64,000 nucleotides of DNA from Octopus vulgaris (lineage: Eukaryota): contig OX597821.1 of NCBI GenBank assembly GCA_951406725.2, positions 114,204,001-114,268,000 of the forward strand. The letters are read 5' to 3'. This document shows positions 13,290 to 27,272 of the stretch, in pieces. Position numbers and translations under genes: made by a program. The notes under the pieces were generated by a model that saw nothing but the letters and a program-made list of their open reading frames with translations, ran no database searches and was not told the DNA's origin. Position 1 is the first letter of the stretch. Each line of letters opens with the position of its first letter.

Positions 13290-13732
13290 TTCCTTCTTTC
13301 TTCAAAGTTTCTTCCGTTTCTCGCCGAGTGTTTTCCGTACACCTAGGGCAGAGAAGCTCATTGTATGCATTCCCAGATTACACACGTAAATTCATAGGTA
13401 AAATATGTATTTAAAAAATAAATAAATTCACGAATGGATGTTGTTTTCACAGCGATAATGATCTTCTCAGTACACGAGCCGTTCCAGTTAACGAGATTTT
13501 TTGCACTTCCTGTAGGGATGGTAAGTCTGGTATCATTTTCAAATATGTTTCAGTAACTTTTTTAATCATTCCTAGAGATCCTGCAATCACTGGTACTGTA
13601 GTCGCCTTGAGATGCCACATTTTTTCAATTTCTATTAACAAGTCTTTATATTTACTGATCTTGTCAAATACCTTCGCCGCTATATTGTGATCGCATTTCA
13701 ATTAATAAACACACATTTTTTGTCTGATCTTT

Positions 13733-13733
<1 letters not shown>
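13290..13733 (-). mobile_element. R4/Dong-type LINE, second subfamily, 5'-truncated RLE end
   Basis: KISKYKDLLIEIEKMWHLKATTVPVIAGSLG is an RLE C-terminus; its 3' UTR differs from the main subfamily. Confidence 0.8.
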
Positions 13734-13772
<39 letters not shown>

Positions 13773-13785
13773 TCCGGTTTATTTA

Positions 13786-13867
<82 letters not shown>

Positions 13868-13872
<5 letters not shown>

Positions 13873-14337
13873 TAGTTTTATTTTTATAGCGTGCTTTCAC
13901 TTCACTACCGAGCGCAGCTCTGTGTGCCTTGGGTATGTGCTGTGATTTGTTGTGATGCTCTGATGGTTATTGTATGGAAAGTGTTCTGCGTAGGATGTGT
14001 GCAGTGCCTAGTAGTGCAATTTTCTGTATGTTATATGTGTTTGTAAGTCCTGGTGTTTTTGTTATGTATTTGTCTGAATATTTTTTTATCATGCCTAATG
14101 CACCTACTATGATAGGAATTGTTTCTGTTTTCAGATTCCACATTCTAGTTACCTCTATTTCCAGGTCTTTGTATTTTGAAAGTTTCTCCATTTCTTTTAG
14201 AGACACGTTGTCATCAGCCGGTATTGATACATCAATTAGAAAGCATTTTTTTCTTCATGGTCTCTGACAACTATATCTGGTCTGTTGGCCTTAATTTCTC
14301 TATCTGTGTGTATCGGCATATCCCAGAGTATGGTTGC
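13868..14337 (-). mobile_element. R4/Dong LINE, 5'-truncated copy in (TAA)n
   Basis: Near-identical to 14776-15248; ATILWD...RPDIVV...KLSKYKDL; (TAA)n on both sides. Confidence 0.9.
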
Positions 14338-14409
<72 letters not shown>

Positions 14410-14429
14410 CATTATTATTATTATTATCA

Positions 14430-14534
<105 letters not shown>

Positions 14535-14553
14535 CCACCACCACCACCACCAT

Positions 14554-14607
<54 letters not shown>

Positions 14608-14775
14608 CACTACTAAGGCAGCGAGCTGACAGAAACGTTAGCACGCCGGGCGAAATGCTTAGCGGTATTTTGTCTGTCGCAACGTTGTGCGACAGACATA
14701 TATATATTTGTAAGTCCTGAATATTTTTCTGAATATTTTTTATCATACCTAATGTGCCTAATATTATTATTATAA

Positions 14776-17487
14776 TTCAGTAGTTTTATTTTTATAGCGT
14801 GCTTTCACTTCACTACCGAGCGCAGCTCTGTGTGCCTTAGGTATGTGCTGTGATTTGTTGTGATGCTGTGATGGTTATTGTATGGAAAGTGTTCTGCGTA
14901 GGATGTGTGCAGTGCCTAGTAGAGCAATTTTCTGTATGTTATATGTGTTTGTAAGTCCTGGTGTTTTTGTTATGTATTTGTCTGAATATTTTTTTATCAT
15001 GCCTAATGCACCTACTATGATAGGAATTGTTTCTGTTTTTAGATTCCACATTCTGGTTACCTCTATTTCCAGGTCTTTGTATTTTGAAAGTTTCTCCATT
15101 TCTTTTAGAGACACGTTGTCATCTGCCGGTATTGATACATCAATTAGAAAGCATTTTTTTTTCTTCATGATCTCTGACAACTATATCTGGTCTGTTGGCC
15201 TTAATTTCTCTATCTGTGTGTATCGGCATATCCCAGAGTATGGTTGCTTTCTCGTTTTCTGTGACCTTTTCTGGTGTGTGCCTATACCATCTTTTTTCTC
15301 TTGTTATTCCATAATGTTGGCATAGCTTCCAGTGTATGTAGGTTCCAACTCTGTCATGTCTGTGAATATATTCCTTCTTAGCCAGGACTGGGCAGCCAGA
15401 GATAATATGATTTATTGTTTCTTGTCCATCTCCACATATTCTGCAGTTACTTGTTATATTTCTTTTCATTACATGTTTTTGGTAATTTCTGGTGGGGAGG
15501 CTTTGGTCTTGTGCTGCAATTAAAAATCCCTCTGTCTCTGCTTTGAGTTCTGAGCTTCTCAACCATTGCTGGGATTTTTCTTTGTCTATTTCTTTTGCGT
15601 TTAGTTTAGTCCAGTATTTACCATGAAGGGGATTTTCTTGCCATCGTTTTGTCATGGTTCGTTGCTGTTCTATTTTTAGTTTGGATTTCATTTGTTTTAT
15701 AGCTTTTGTTGTTTCTTCATCTTCTTCTTCTTCTTTTTCATATTTATTAGGTGGTATGATTTCTTGTTTGTATTTGTCAGCTTCCTTAAATACTGAGAAC
15801 AGTTTTTTGTTTTTCTCGTGTTTTGCCGCTATTTGTATCAGTTTTCCTTCCTTCTGAAGTAGATATTTTTGCAGTCCTATGGTGGTTATTTTATAGTAGT
15901 ATTCCAGCTGTATAAGGCCTCTACCACCTTCTATACGTTGTATATATAGTCTTTCTATGTCAGATTTTGGGTGATGCATCCTAGATCCTGTCATTATTTT
16001 TCTTGTTTTCCTATCTATTTTGGTCAGTTCATTTAGTGTCCAGTCAAGGATATTGTAGCTGTAACTTATAACTGGGACAGCTAAAGTGTTAATACCTGTT
16101 ATCTCGTTTTTAGCATTGAGCTCTGTTTTTAGTATTGATCTAACTTGTCTATAATATTCTTTTTTTATTTTCTCTTTCATTTGTGTGTGTTGTGTCTTAT
16201 CTAGTTCATGGATTCCTAAGTATTTGTAAGTTTAGCTTTGGTCTAATTCTTTTATTTCATTGGTTTTATCTAGTTTGATGTTGCTGCTCTTAACTAGTTT
16301 TCCTCTTTTCATGGTTACTTTGGCGCATTTTTCTAATCCAAATTTCATATCTATTTCTTTGGTAAATCCAATGAACTGTCTTTAATAGTGTTTCCAGCTG
16401 TTTGTCATTTGCAGCGTATAGTTTTAGGTCATCCATATATAAAAGGTGGCTGATCGTTTTGCCGTAACATTTATATCCGCATCCAGTTCTATTTAGCATA
16501 TCAGATAGAGGTGACAGTGCCAAGCAGAAAAGGAGTGGAGAGAGCGTGTCTCCCTGGAATATTCCTCTTCTAATAGTGATGGCTTTGGTTTTCATGAGTC
16601 CCTCCTTTGTTTGGAGGTGTAGGACTGTCTGCCATTTATTCATAGAGTGTCCTATGTATTTTATAATGGTTGGTGCTACTTTGTTAATGGCTAGTGTTTC
16701 GAGGATCCATGTGTGGGGGATGCTATCAAACGCCTTTTTGTAGTCGATCCAGGCCATACTGAGGCCTTTCTTCTTTCTGTGGCTGTCTTCAGTTATGGCT
16801 TTATTAATCATTAGTTGATCTTTACAGCCATATGAGCCTTTGAGGCATCCTTTCTGCTCTTCTGGAAACAGGTTGTTTTCGTCCAGGTGCTTGTTCAACC
16901 TTTGCGATATCACTGCAGTAAATGCCTTGTACATTGTAGGGAGACAGGTTATTGGTCTGTAATTTTCTGGTTTTGCTGTCTCATTTGATTTGGGAATTAA
17001 GATGGTTTTCCCCTTCGTGAGCCATTCAGGCATTGTCTCTGGTTCTGCTAGTATGTTGTTAAAGTTTTCAGCCAGCTTTTTGTGCATTCCTGTTAGATAT
17101 TTCAACCAGAAGTTGGGGATCTTGTCATGCCCAGGTGCTTTCCAGTTGCTTAGTCTTTGCAGTGCCTGGGTGACCTCTTCAGTTGTTATGAGGGTCCAAA
17201 GTTGCTCAGATGCTGAGTTTGTTGTTTTAATACTCCTTTTTTTTTGGTTGTTCGTTCGCCGACCATATCTCTCTCCAGAATTCTTCCACTTCTTCTGCCG
17301 TTGGTGCTGCAGTGATTTCTTTTTTTTTTTTTTCCAAGTTCTTGGTAGAACTTTTTGAGGTTGGAGTTGAACTTTTTGTTTTGTTCAAAGAAGCGCTGGC
17401 GTTTCTCGTACCGGCGGATCCTTTGTGCTTTGGCAAGGATATCTTGCTTCAGCTTTTCTTTTATCTCAGGTAAATCTTTTTCTGTGA
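14776..17487 (-). mobile_element. R4/Dong-clade non-LTR retrotransposon, 5'-truncated, inserted in (TAA)n
   Basis: RT motifs NYRPITCL, WIDYKKAFDSI, GIFQGDTLSPLLF and YMDD; CCHC CRICG...HIISGC; RHD; RLE RPDIVV..LIDVS..KYKDL; TAA tracts at both ends. Confidence 0.93.
14875..17487 (-). pseudogene. Disrupted RT-zinc knuckle-RLE polyprotein
   Basis: Split over ORFs 17227-17436, 16290-17105, 15140-16180 and 14875-15180 by frameshifts (several at homopolymers) and an in-frame TAA near 16232 (QS*TYKYLG). Confidence 0.85.
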
Positions 17488-17550
<63 letters not shown>

Positions 17551-18638
17551 CATCATCATCATTTTGAAATAAGTGCCATGGAAAGACAGAGATGGTAGTG
17601 TGTCAGACAAAATATAAAGCAGATTTTCATTTCGATCCTCTGTATTCAAGTTTCAAGCTTAAATATAGTGAGTTATCTACCGTTCATCCTTGAAACTTAA
17701 ATAAATATAACACAGTCAAGTATTGCCTGTGTTCATTCAGTTATATTCTCCCACAAAACAGTTATAGGTTTGTTCCAGTTTAAAAATAAACCTTTTGCCA
17801 TCACTTATATTGTTTTAGTTAGGCTCAGAGCGACCAAACACAAAGTTGATTTAGTGCAGCACTCTAGAATTTTCTTTAAATGTTCGAAGTTTTGGTTTTG
17901 CTAGAATAGTTAAACCCAGCAGTGTATAATGGCTAAGTCCAGAAGTATATCAGAGCCATTAATAGCAATTCTTACGCCTAAAATCCAAAGATAATTAAAC
18001 CAGACTAAATATAGCGAAAATGGAAAAAAATTACGTTCTGGAATTTACATGGAGTTATGCTGGGTTAGTTTAGAGTTTGGAAGTTTTTCAGCAATGACAA
18101 AATAAAAAAAAGAAAACCCCTTTAATGACTAACCAATATTATCTTATCTGTTGGAACCAAAACCTGTAAAAATGTTGGGGATTTTTCTTTGATGGCTAAG
18201 AACATTTTGCCATTATTCTCTGCATAACCGAAAATATTCTCGTTAACCTGGCATACTTTTAGATTTCAAGTCCGATCCGCCCACTAGAATATTACAGGGC
18301 CTATTGCTTTTGACTAAATAAATAATTAACCACAGGTTTCCTTAGTCCTGCTGATTCCTACAACTTAATTATGCCAAGCCTTTCTCCTAAACAACCTAAT
18401 CTCCCCCACACCACCTCCCTCCATCCCATGAGGTGTTCAACTAAATAAAGTTCCAGCACTCGAAATTCTGTTAGCTTGTCAAGAACGAGTTAGCAAATGT
18501 TTCTAAGTTCACGCCCCGACCGCGGGAGATTGTGTGATGATAGTCGAAGTGGTGTTTGCCGATGTAAAAGTAATGGTGATAGGGGTGCTGCTGGTTGTGT
18601 GTGTGATAAAGGTGGCGCTTGTATTAGAGTTGATAGTG

Positions 18639-18670
<32 letters not shown>

Positions 18671-18829
18671 GGTGGTGGTGGTGGCTATATATTAGAGGGC
18701 GATGCTAGTAGTCACATTATTGTTGTTCATTGTGTTGCTCTTGATGATGATGATGATGATGATGATACTGGTTGTAATGGCGGTATATATATATATGAAT
18801 GCATGTATTTATATGTATGTATGCATGTA

Positions 18830-18877
<48 letters not shown>

Positions 18878-18895
18878 AAAATATATATATGTGTA

Positions 18896-18942
<47 letters not shown>

Positions 18943-19372
18943 GTATACACGCATACTCATGTTGGTGATCATGATGGCCCTGCCGTTAATGCTGAACATG
19001 GTGGCATTGTTGTTGCAGTGGTTGATGGTGGTGAAGGGAATGATGTTTCTGATTACGCTATTAGAACTTTCAAATTTGCCACAGCATGTGTGTTTATATA
19101 CATATATCTATGCACGTATGTAGGGATTTGCATATATATATATATAATATGAGGGAATTTCATTCCAAACTTACAGGGAAAATTCAATTTAGAAATACTA
19201 AATCAACTTTCACAATTTGAAGGATATTCCTATACCATCTAGAAAGGAATATATTTTATTATATGTCATTTTCTAGATGGTGTAATTTAATTTTTCATTT
19301 TCATTTGATAAAAGGTGGTTTATATATATATATATATAACCAAAAAATAAGCAGCAAGAATGGATCGGTAAT

Positions 19373-19454
19373 TTAGTACAATTGTTTCATACTATAACAA
19401 TTTATTAAAGCTGCAAATATTACTGCAAATATATGTTAAGTAATCTTCAGCTAA
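19373..19454 (-). ncRNA. Type-I hammerhead (left arm of palindrome)
   Basis: Mirror of 19665-19746. Confidence 0.75.
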
Positions 19455-19664
19455 TTTCATATAGGTTTTCCAAACATCTTAGAGAGTGTAAATATATTTA
19501 TAAAGTTGTAGATGTGAGCTCCAGAAACTTGAAGCAGGATTCCAAGCAGACCATATATGCATATATGGTCTGCTTGGAATCCTGCTTCAAGTTTCTGGAG
19601 CTCACATCTACAACTTTATAAATATATTTACACTCTCTAAGATGTTTGGAAAACCTATATGAAC

Positions 19665-19746
19665 TTAGCTGAAGATTACTTAACATATATTTGCTGTAAT
19701 ATTTGCAGCTTTAATAAATTGTTATAGTATGAAACAATTGTACTAA
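19665..19746 (+). ncRNA. Type-I hammerhead with long stem II (right arm of palindrome)
   Basis: TTAG-CTGAAGA-t TAC tTAACA..GCTGTAA tat TTGCAGC..TGTTA ta GTA t-GAAAC-AATT-GTA-CTAA. Confidence 0.78.
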
Positions 19747-19934
19747 ATTACCGATCCATTCTTGCTGCTTATTTTTTGGTTATAATCACCCCACATCATT
19801 TTATGGGTAATACCATAAAAAATTCTTGTGCATCTAAGTTAAGTACCATATTCATTTGAATCTAAATTGTTTTGCTGAAATTATATATATATATATATAT
19901 ATACATATGTATATATGTATATATATACGATAGA

Positions 19935-20121
19935 TCGTCGCCATGATTGATCGTTAGCCACTACAGGCATTTTTTTCTCTCCTTGTTTTTTTTGTGTACC
20001 TTTCTGTAGAAGAGCGTAGGCTCGAAACGTAAAAGACTTTTCTATTCCTGAGCGTTATACTAATACATCTGTTTGTTTTGTACACCACCTGTCTTCGTCT
20101 TTTGTTTTTTTCGTAAACTCT

Positions 20122-20125
<4 letters not shown>
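19935..20125 (+). mobile_element. ~185-bp (TA)n-flanked repeat with variant hammerhead-like motif (copy 2 of 3)
   Basis: Motif at 20000-20035: CTTT-CTGTAGA-A-GAGC GTAG GCTC-GAAAC-GTA-AAAG; TA-rich tracts on both sides. Confidence 0.8.
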
Positions 20126-20207
<82 letters not shown>

Positions 20208-20292
20208 GTATATATGTATATATGTATGTATGCGCATGTGTGTATGTATATATGTAAATTAATTCTTTATACAACACAGTATTGTAGTCTAA

Positions 20293-20723
20293 TTTCAGCC
20301 AATTTTGCTAATCTGTTTCGTACGCAAGAATTTGAAGAAAACAAGCAACCACACCACACATAGAAACTGGCTGGAAAAGTAGCACCAGGTGATCTCTAGT
20401 GGCAAAAAGACCGCGACATACTTTTCGAACTTGCCTTTCTCATGAATGCCGTGATTGGTTTTCTCGAATTCTTGTGTACGAAACCAATTGGTAAAATCGA
20501 CCACAGTTGGGTCTATAGAACTGTATTCTACAAATAATTAATGTAACCAGCTTAAAATCAAATATAAGTGTGTCTGATTTTTCTGATTCTTCGATTTCTG
20601 CCAATTTGACTAATCTGTTTCGAATACAAGAATTTGAAGAAAACAAACAACCACAGCACATAAAAACTGGCTGGTAAAAGATAGCATCATGTGATCTCTC
20701 GTGGCAAAAAGACCGCGACATAC
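20293..20723. repeat. Direct duplication (20293-20421 / 20595-20723) with an inverted partial copy between (20450-20499)
   Basis: Shared GTGGCAAAAAGACCGCGACATAC and CAAGAATTTGAAGAAAACAA; the inverted copy carries GAAAC-CAATTG-GTA. Confidence 0.8.
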
Positions 20724-20729
20724 GTTCTA

Positions 20730-20921
20730 AAGCCCCCTGCGATAGGTGGAAATCCGTGAAGTAGAAACAGTACTATACTGTTTATATATATTTTTTTGTT
20801 ATTATTATATTTTGTATATATCTATTTTATTATAAATGCAAAACAACACCACAGAAGAATCGACGTAAGTTTAGATGATAAACGGCGATAAGTGAACCGC
20901 GAATAGCAAAGGATTACTGAA
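20730..20921 (+). mobile_element. Tigger/pogo-like non-autonomous DNA transposon end
   Basis: GCGATAAGTGAACCGCGAATAGCAAAGGATTACTG resembles TcMar-Tigger terminal repeats (from recall). Confidence 0.5.
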
Positions 20922-20937
20922 TATATGTGTGTTTTTA

Positions 20938-21016
<79 letters not shown>

Positions 21017-21094
21017 ACACTTACATAGACAAACACACATATATATACATTTATACACACACACACACACATATATATATATAGAGAGAGAGAG

Positions 21095-21137
<43 letters not shown>

Positions 21138-22238
21138 AATATAGATAGCTAGATAGATAGATAGATAGATTAGTAAGTGTATGTGCTTAATTATGCGACA
21201 CCCAACACTGTATGCGCGTTATCCCAATATCACAGAGCTTTGTATGTATGCATGTCTATGTATACTGTATAAAATATATGTATGAGTGTACGTACGAATG
21301 TATGTATATCTATTTATATTTACATATATGTGTGCGTGTGTGTGTGTGTGTGTATGTATGTATGTGTGTGTGTGCGTGTATGTCTGTGAAGTGACGTGCA
21401 CATAAATAATGCTGTTTGATAAGAATTTTGCAGCGGTCGTTGACCTGGTAAGCACGTACCCCACCCCCACCGTCTTAACGCTTTTTCCAAACTTTACAAA
21501 AAAGCATTGTTGCTGCTTAGCGACCGGTCACTTGCGTAAGAGTAGAACTCTGATCAGAAGTGTTCAAACTTCTACCCAGTTGTTGTCTGAGATATAATGT
21601 ATCCAAAACTAAATTCCACACGATATTTTTTCAAAGATTGTAAGGAGCATGGTGAGAGATTTGACTGCTATTCCTAACAGATCTAGCTACTCTCTAGTGG
21701 TTATTACATCAACATCGTTATGGGGTAATTTTCCTGGAACTGTACCCGTCTATGCTAAATCACTATAAACTTTCAACTTCTCGATTTTCTTGATTTCCTC
21801 CTATTTATATATATTTTTAATCTCTCCTGTATAAATATTCTACAAAAGGTCTTATGCCTTGCAACTATCAGTTCATAATTTATTCTTTTACTCCTAAATT
21901 GATTTCCATAAATAATCTATCAGCTGATAAACTATTCAAATCTCTTTCGTCGAGTAAAATGCTTTCATTTTATAACTTTCCTATATCTCTTATTTTGTAA
22001 TGTAAATTATGTAAAGTAGATCCTTAATTATCTCGTACGAAAGAAAATAGACTAAATTAAAATGGCAACTTCTGTATAAAAATAGATATGGCGACTTCTG
22101 AAGGAGTTTATAGTTAAAAGGCGAAATTAAACTGAATTAACTCATTACAACCTTCAAAAAAATTTTCATTAAAATTCGCATCTCTGTAATGATTTCTTTA
22201 CAGGACAGACATGTATGACAGAAGACATCATTATAAGA

Positions 22239-22470
22239 CGGCGAGCTGGCAGAATCGTTAGCACGCCAGGCGAAATGCTTAGCAGTATTTCGTTTGGCGC
22301 TGCGTTCTGAGTTCAAATTCCGCCGAGGTCGACTTTGCCTTTCATCCTTTCGGGGTCGATAAATTAAGTACCATTTACGCACTGGAGTCGATGTAATCAA
22401 CTTAATCCCTTTGTCTGTCCTTGTTTGTCCCCTCTATGTTTAGCCCCTTGTGGGCAATAAAGAAATAAGT
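22239..22470 (+). mobile_element. SINE family A, near full length (tRNA head, Deu/Nin-like core)
   Basis: GGCGAGCTGGCAGAATCGTTAG (A-box), GAGTTCAAATTCC (B-box), GCCTTTCATCCTTTCGGGGTCGATAAATTAAGTACC core, AATAAAGAAATAAG tail. Confidence 0.9.
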
Positions 22471-23342
22471 AGACATCATTAGTTATCTCCCTTATATTAA
22501 AGAATGAATGTAAACAATGTTAGTACTGTTCTTGTGAGGTCGGGCATTTCAGAATTGATTGATTGATACAGTCGATTGTGGTACCGTGCCTTATATTAAT
22601 TTAAGATTTAAACAATTGTGCAAAGATTATGCAGTCTAATTCATTCCATTCAAAATAAACTACATTAACATAAAAAATATGATAAAACTGACATCTGTCA
22701 CGTCGATGGTCTCCCTTGCGATAGAAATGAACGAACCGATTACAATCAATAGCTGATTCTTTTGAATGAGTGGCATCAATCTTTTGATAAGGATTATTGT
22801 GGTGCGCGGAATAATATTTTATAATAGTGCAACATATAGGTGCAGGTGTGACTGCATGGTATGAAGTTCGCTGGCAGAATCGTTAGCACACCGGGCGAAA
22901 TGCTTAGCGGTATTTCTCTGCCGCTACGTTCTACGTTCTGTGGATAGCTAATTGGGCCTGTGACCCAAAACTAAAGCGAAAAATACTAAAGCATTTATTG
23001 GTACCCTACTTTGAATTCAGTTTAAATGAAAAGCTTGTAAGTTCACAAATTTTTGGAGTTCATTTGAAATTTGAATTTTCAACTGTTAGCATGCAACAAA
23101 TCCTCATCCAGACCTGATCCCAATGCTGAATGTCCAAGAACCGAATGAAGGGCAGACTTTCAATCCCGGGATCATCCTGATTCCAAAGAGGTATAATATG
23201 TCTATGTAAAGCAAATGTAGATTGAAATACAGGGGTCCTGGACGAACAGACAGACAAACAGAATTTCGCATTTATTGTTATTATTATTATAAGAAGTAAG
23301 ATTTTATTCAGTTTCAGAAAAGATAAACGAAAGTTTATCGTA

Positions 23343-23506
23343 TGAGTTCAAATTCCGCCGAAGTCCACTTTGCCTTTCATCCTTTCGGGGTCGATAAATT
23401 AAGTACCAGTTACGCACTGGGGTCGATGTAATCGACTTAATCCCTTTGTCTGTCCTTGTTTGTCACCTCTATGTTTAGCCCCTTGTGGGCAATAAAGAAA
23501 TAAGAA
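23343..23506 (+). mobile_element. SINE family A, 5'-truncated
   Basis: Near-identical to 22308-22470. Confidence 0.9.
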
Positions 23507-24226
23507 ACGATAAACGAAAGTTGTGGTGGAAGAAAAGTGTTACAACAAAAGCAGAACGGTAGAAATATTTTTTCTGTTAATTCAAATAATAATGGAAAGG
23601 CTTAAAATAAATGGGGTGGGGCGGAAACGAGCGAATTTATCTGACAAGCCAAGGTATTGAAAATATTAAGAACAACGGCAGTACATAAATAACAATAAAA
23701 TTACTCATCAAGGTTATTCGCTCCACCTTTACTTAACATTCTTTAGTATAGTGTAAGTAAAGTAATGTGGTTGGCTGGCATCAATTGACGACGAGCGGAT
23801 ACACATCAAAATCTATTCAGTGTTAATACATCTGGCGTTCAAAGCTGTTGTTACGGAGCATGAGAGGCTGTGAACAAGATAACAATTGCATTAACAGGCG
23901 TTGCTTGCCGTATTGTAGTATAATAGACAACCGCGCGAAACAGAACCAGTTTGGGTTTAAAGGAAGTCTAAACAGATATTTCCATATGTCAACACAAAAA
24001 GGGTGTGTAACAATGATGGTTACATCAACTGATTACTTTAACAACAGTGGTTCTCTTTGCCTGTTTGTTTGATTGTTTGTTGTTGTTTCATAGAAGATAT
24101 TGAAGAAATCTCAACTCGTCACAAGGAACAACACGACAAAGACTAAAATATAACGTAATGCTATCAGACTTATCGTTTTAATCGCCCTTGTCGTCGTTGC
24201 TGTCTTTGATGTTACTATCAGCAACA

Positions 24227-25460
<1,234 letters not shown>

Positions 25461-25469
25461 AACTAATAA

Positions 25470-25626
25470 TTTTGTCACAAGAGCAGCAATTTGGGGGAAT
25501 GGGATGAGTCGATTACATCGACTCCAGTGTTTAACTGGTACTTATTTTATCGACCCCCGGAAGGTTGAAAGGAAAAGTCGACCTCGGCGGAATTTGAACT
25601 CAGAACGTGAGGACGGACGAAATGCC
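25470..25626 (-). mobile_element. SINE family A
   Basis: Reverse-complement core and B-box. Confidence 0.75.
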
Positions 25627-25740
25627 ACAATATTGTTGGAAAAGAAAAATAGTAGAGATTAAATGCAAGGTATACATAATTGAGTTTTTAAATGACTGAA
25701 ATAACAATTAAGAATGCGACATTTCATGTGAAACAATCTA

Positions 25741-25770
<30 letters not shown>

Positions 25771-25771
<1 letters not shown>

Positions 25772-26609
25772 GGGAGAATTAGAGAACGATTGGTAAACTG
25801 TCGCCATTTTATATTTTTAATTTTGCGCATGCACATTGTTTGTTTTTGGTTTTCCCGACCACACAGTATAGCATGGGCAGTTAGGCACCGTCTGAGAGAA
25901 AAACAGCACAATGATGCAATTCACTGTGCCAGAAATTTGGAAACGACGTGCTATACTACTTGGCATTCGCGCTGGAAGCTCCAATACGAACATTTCAGAG
26001 TATTTGCGTGTCAATCTGGGAACAATGCAATCTCAGGATATGTACTGAGAGTGATAAAAATAAAACATATAGTCAACATTATGGTGTTTGGAGTTACCTC
26101 CATTCATCTTACCTCAGACTCAACATGGAGACTTACATCAAGTGCTGCCCTGGATCAAGAGGATGTCTGCTGGAAGACCCTATGTCTGACAACAGGACTC
26201 TGTACCATGCCACACAAGCAAGAGAACACAGTCGTGGCTATCAGACAATTTCTGCGACCACATCATCCCTAACATCTGGCTACCTAACTCTCTAGACAGC
26301 AAAAAAAAACTCTAGATTATTGAGTGTGGGGCACAGTTGAGTGAGAGACCAACAAAACTGCTTGTAACACCTAAGATGAACTGAAGGCAAGGATTATGGC
26401 AGCATTCACCAACTTCAACAAGGAGAACGTCCAGAAGAGTTGCATGAGATTCCGAAGTCGTTGAGAAGCCAATGGTTGAAGCCAATGGCGATTTTATCAG
26501 ATAAATTTACTCTTTAGTATTTCAAGATATTTTATATGTAATTTTGGTAAAATAAGATGTCGGTGTTAACTTCATTTTTGCGTAATTTAGACGACAGTTT
26601 ATTCACCGC

Positions 26610-26613
<4 letters not shown>
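25771..26613 (+). mobile_element. Tc1/mariner superfamily transposon relic (maT/DD37D-like), internally deleted, in (TA)n
   Basis: QDSVPCHTSKRTQSWLSDNFCDHIIPNIWLPNSLD resembles 'QD.AP.H...WPPNSPD'; then DELKARIMAAFTN..SCMRFRSR. Partial TIR TAGGG...AAACTGTCG; TA flanks. Confidence 0.8.
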
Positions 26614-26651
<38 letters not shown>

Positions 26652-26665
26652 ACGTATATACGATG

Positions 26666-26761
<96 letters not shown>

Positions 26762-27272
26762 TACATATATATGTTCTTAAGTTGTATCGTAAAAACGTCT
26801 TTTTTGTTTTCCTTGTTTTTTTTCATTCACAGGAATGAAAGTGAATCGTGTTTTAATTAATAAACATTTTAAATAAGAGATACCATCGAGAAGTGGTTGG
26901 GTGGCTTCTGTCAGCTACTAACTAATTAGGACAAATCTAAAAGAAAATAAATTAACTTCTACAGAAAAATAACGAAATCTAATCTTTAAATTACAAAAAT
27001 ATACGAGACCGGAGTGGAAAAGACTCAAAGAAACTAAAAATGTCAAAAACAGTCATTTTAACAATTTTCACATCAACAGCTGAATAAATTTGTTTTCTGC
27101 AGACATTTTCAGGGTTTTTTTATATATATTTAATTCTTTTTTTTTTATATATATAAGTTATTATAATTCATGTTAGAATTTAATTTAATTTAATTTTAAT
27201 TAAAATAAAAGAAAAGACTATGAAGGAAAAATAAAGAAAACATTATTACTGTGATAATTGTTGTTGTTATAA

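Larger units (their letters stand above)
19335..19784. repeat. 450-bp near-perfect spacerless palindrome next to (TA)n
   Basis: Centre CCATATATG|CATATATGG at 19559/19560; 225-bp arms with about 2 mismatches by eye. Confidence 0.95.

Noticed and set aside
18058-18255. Weak nested inverted repeats
   Set aside because: Only 11-12-bp imperfect matches in AT-rich DNA.
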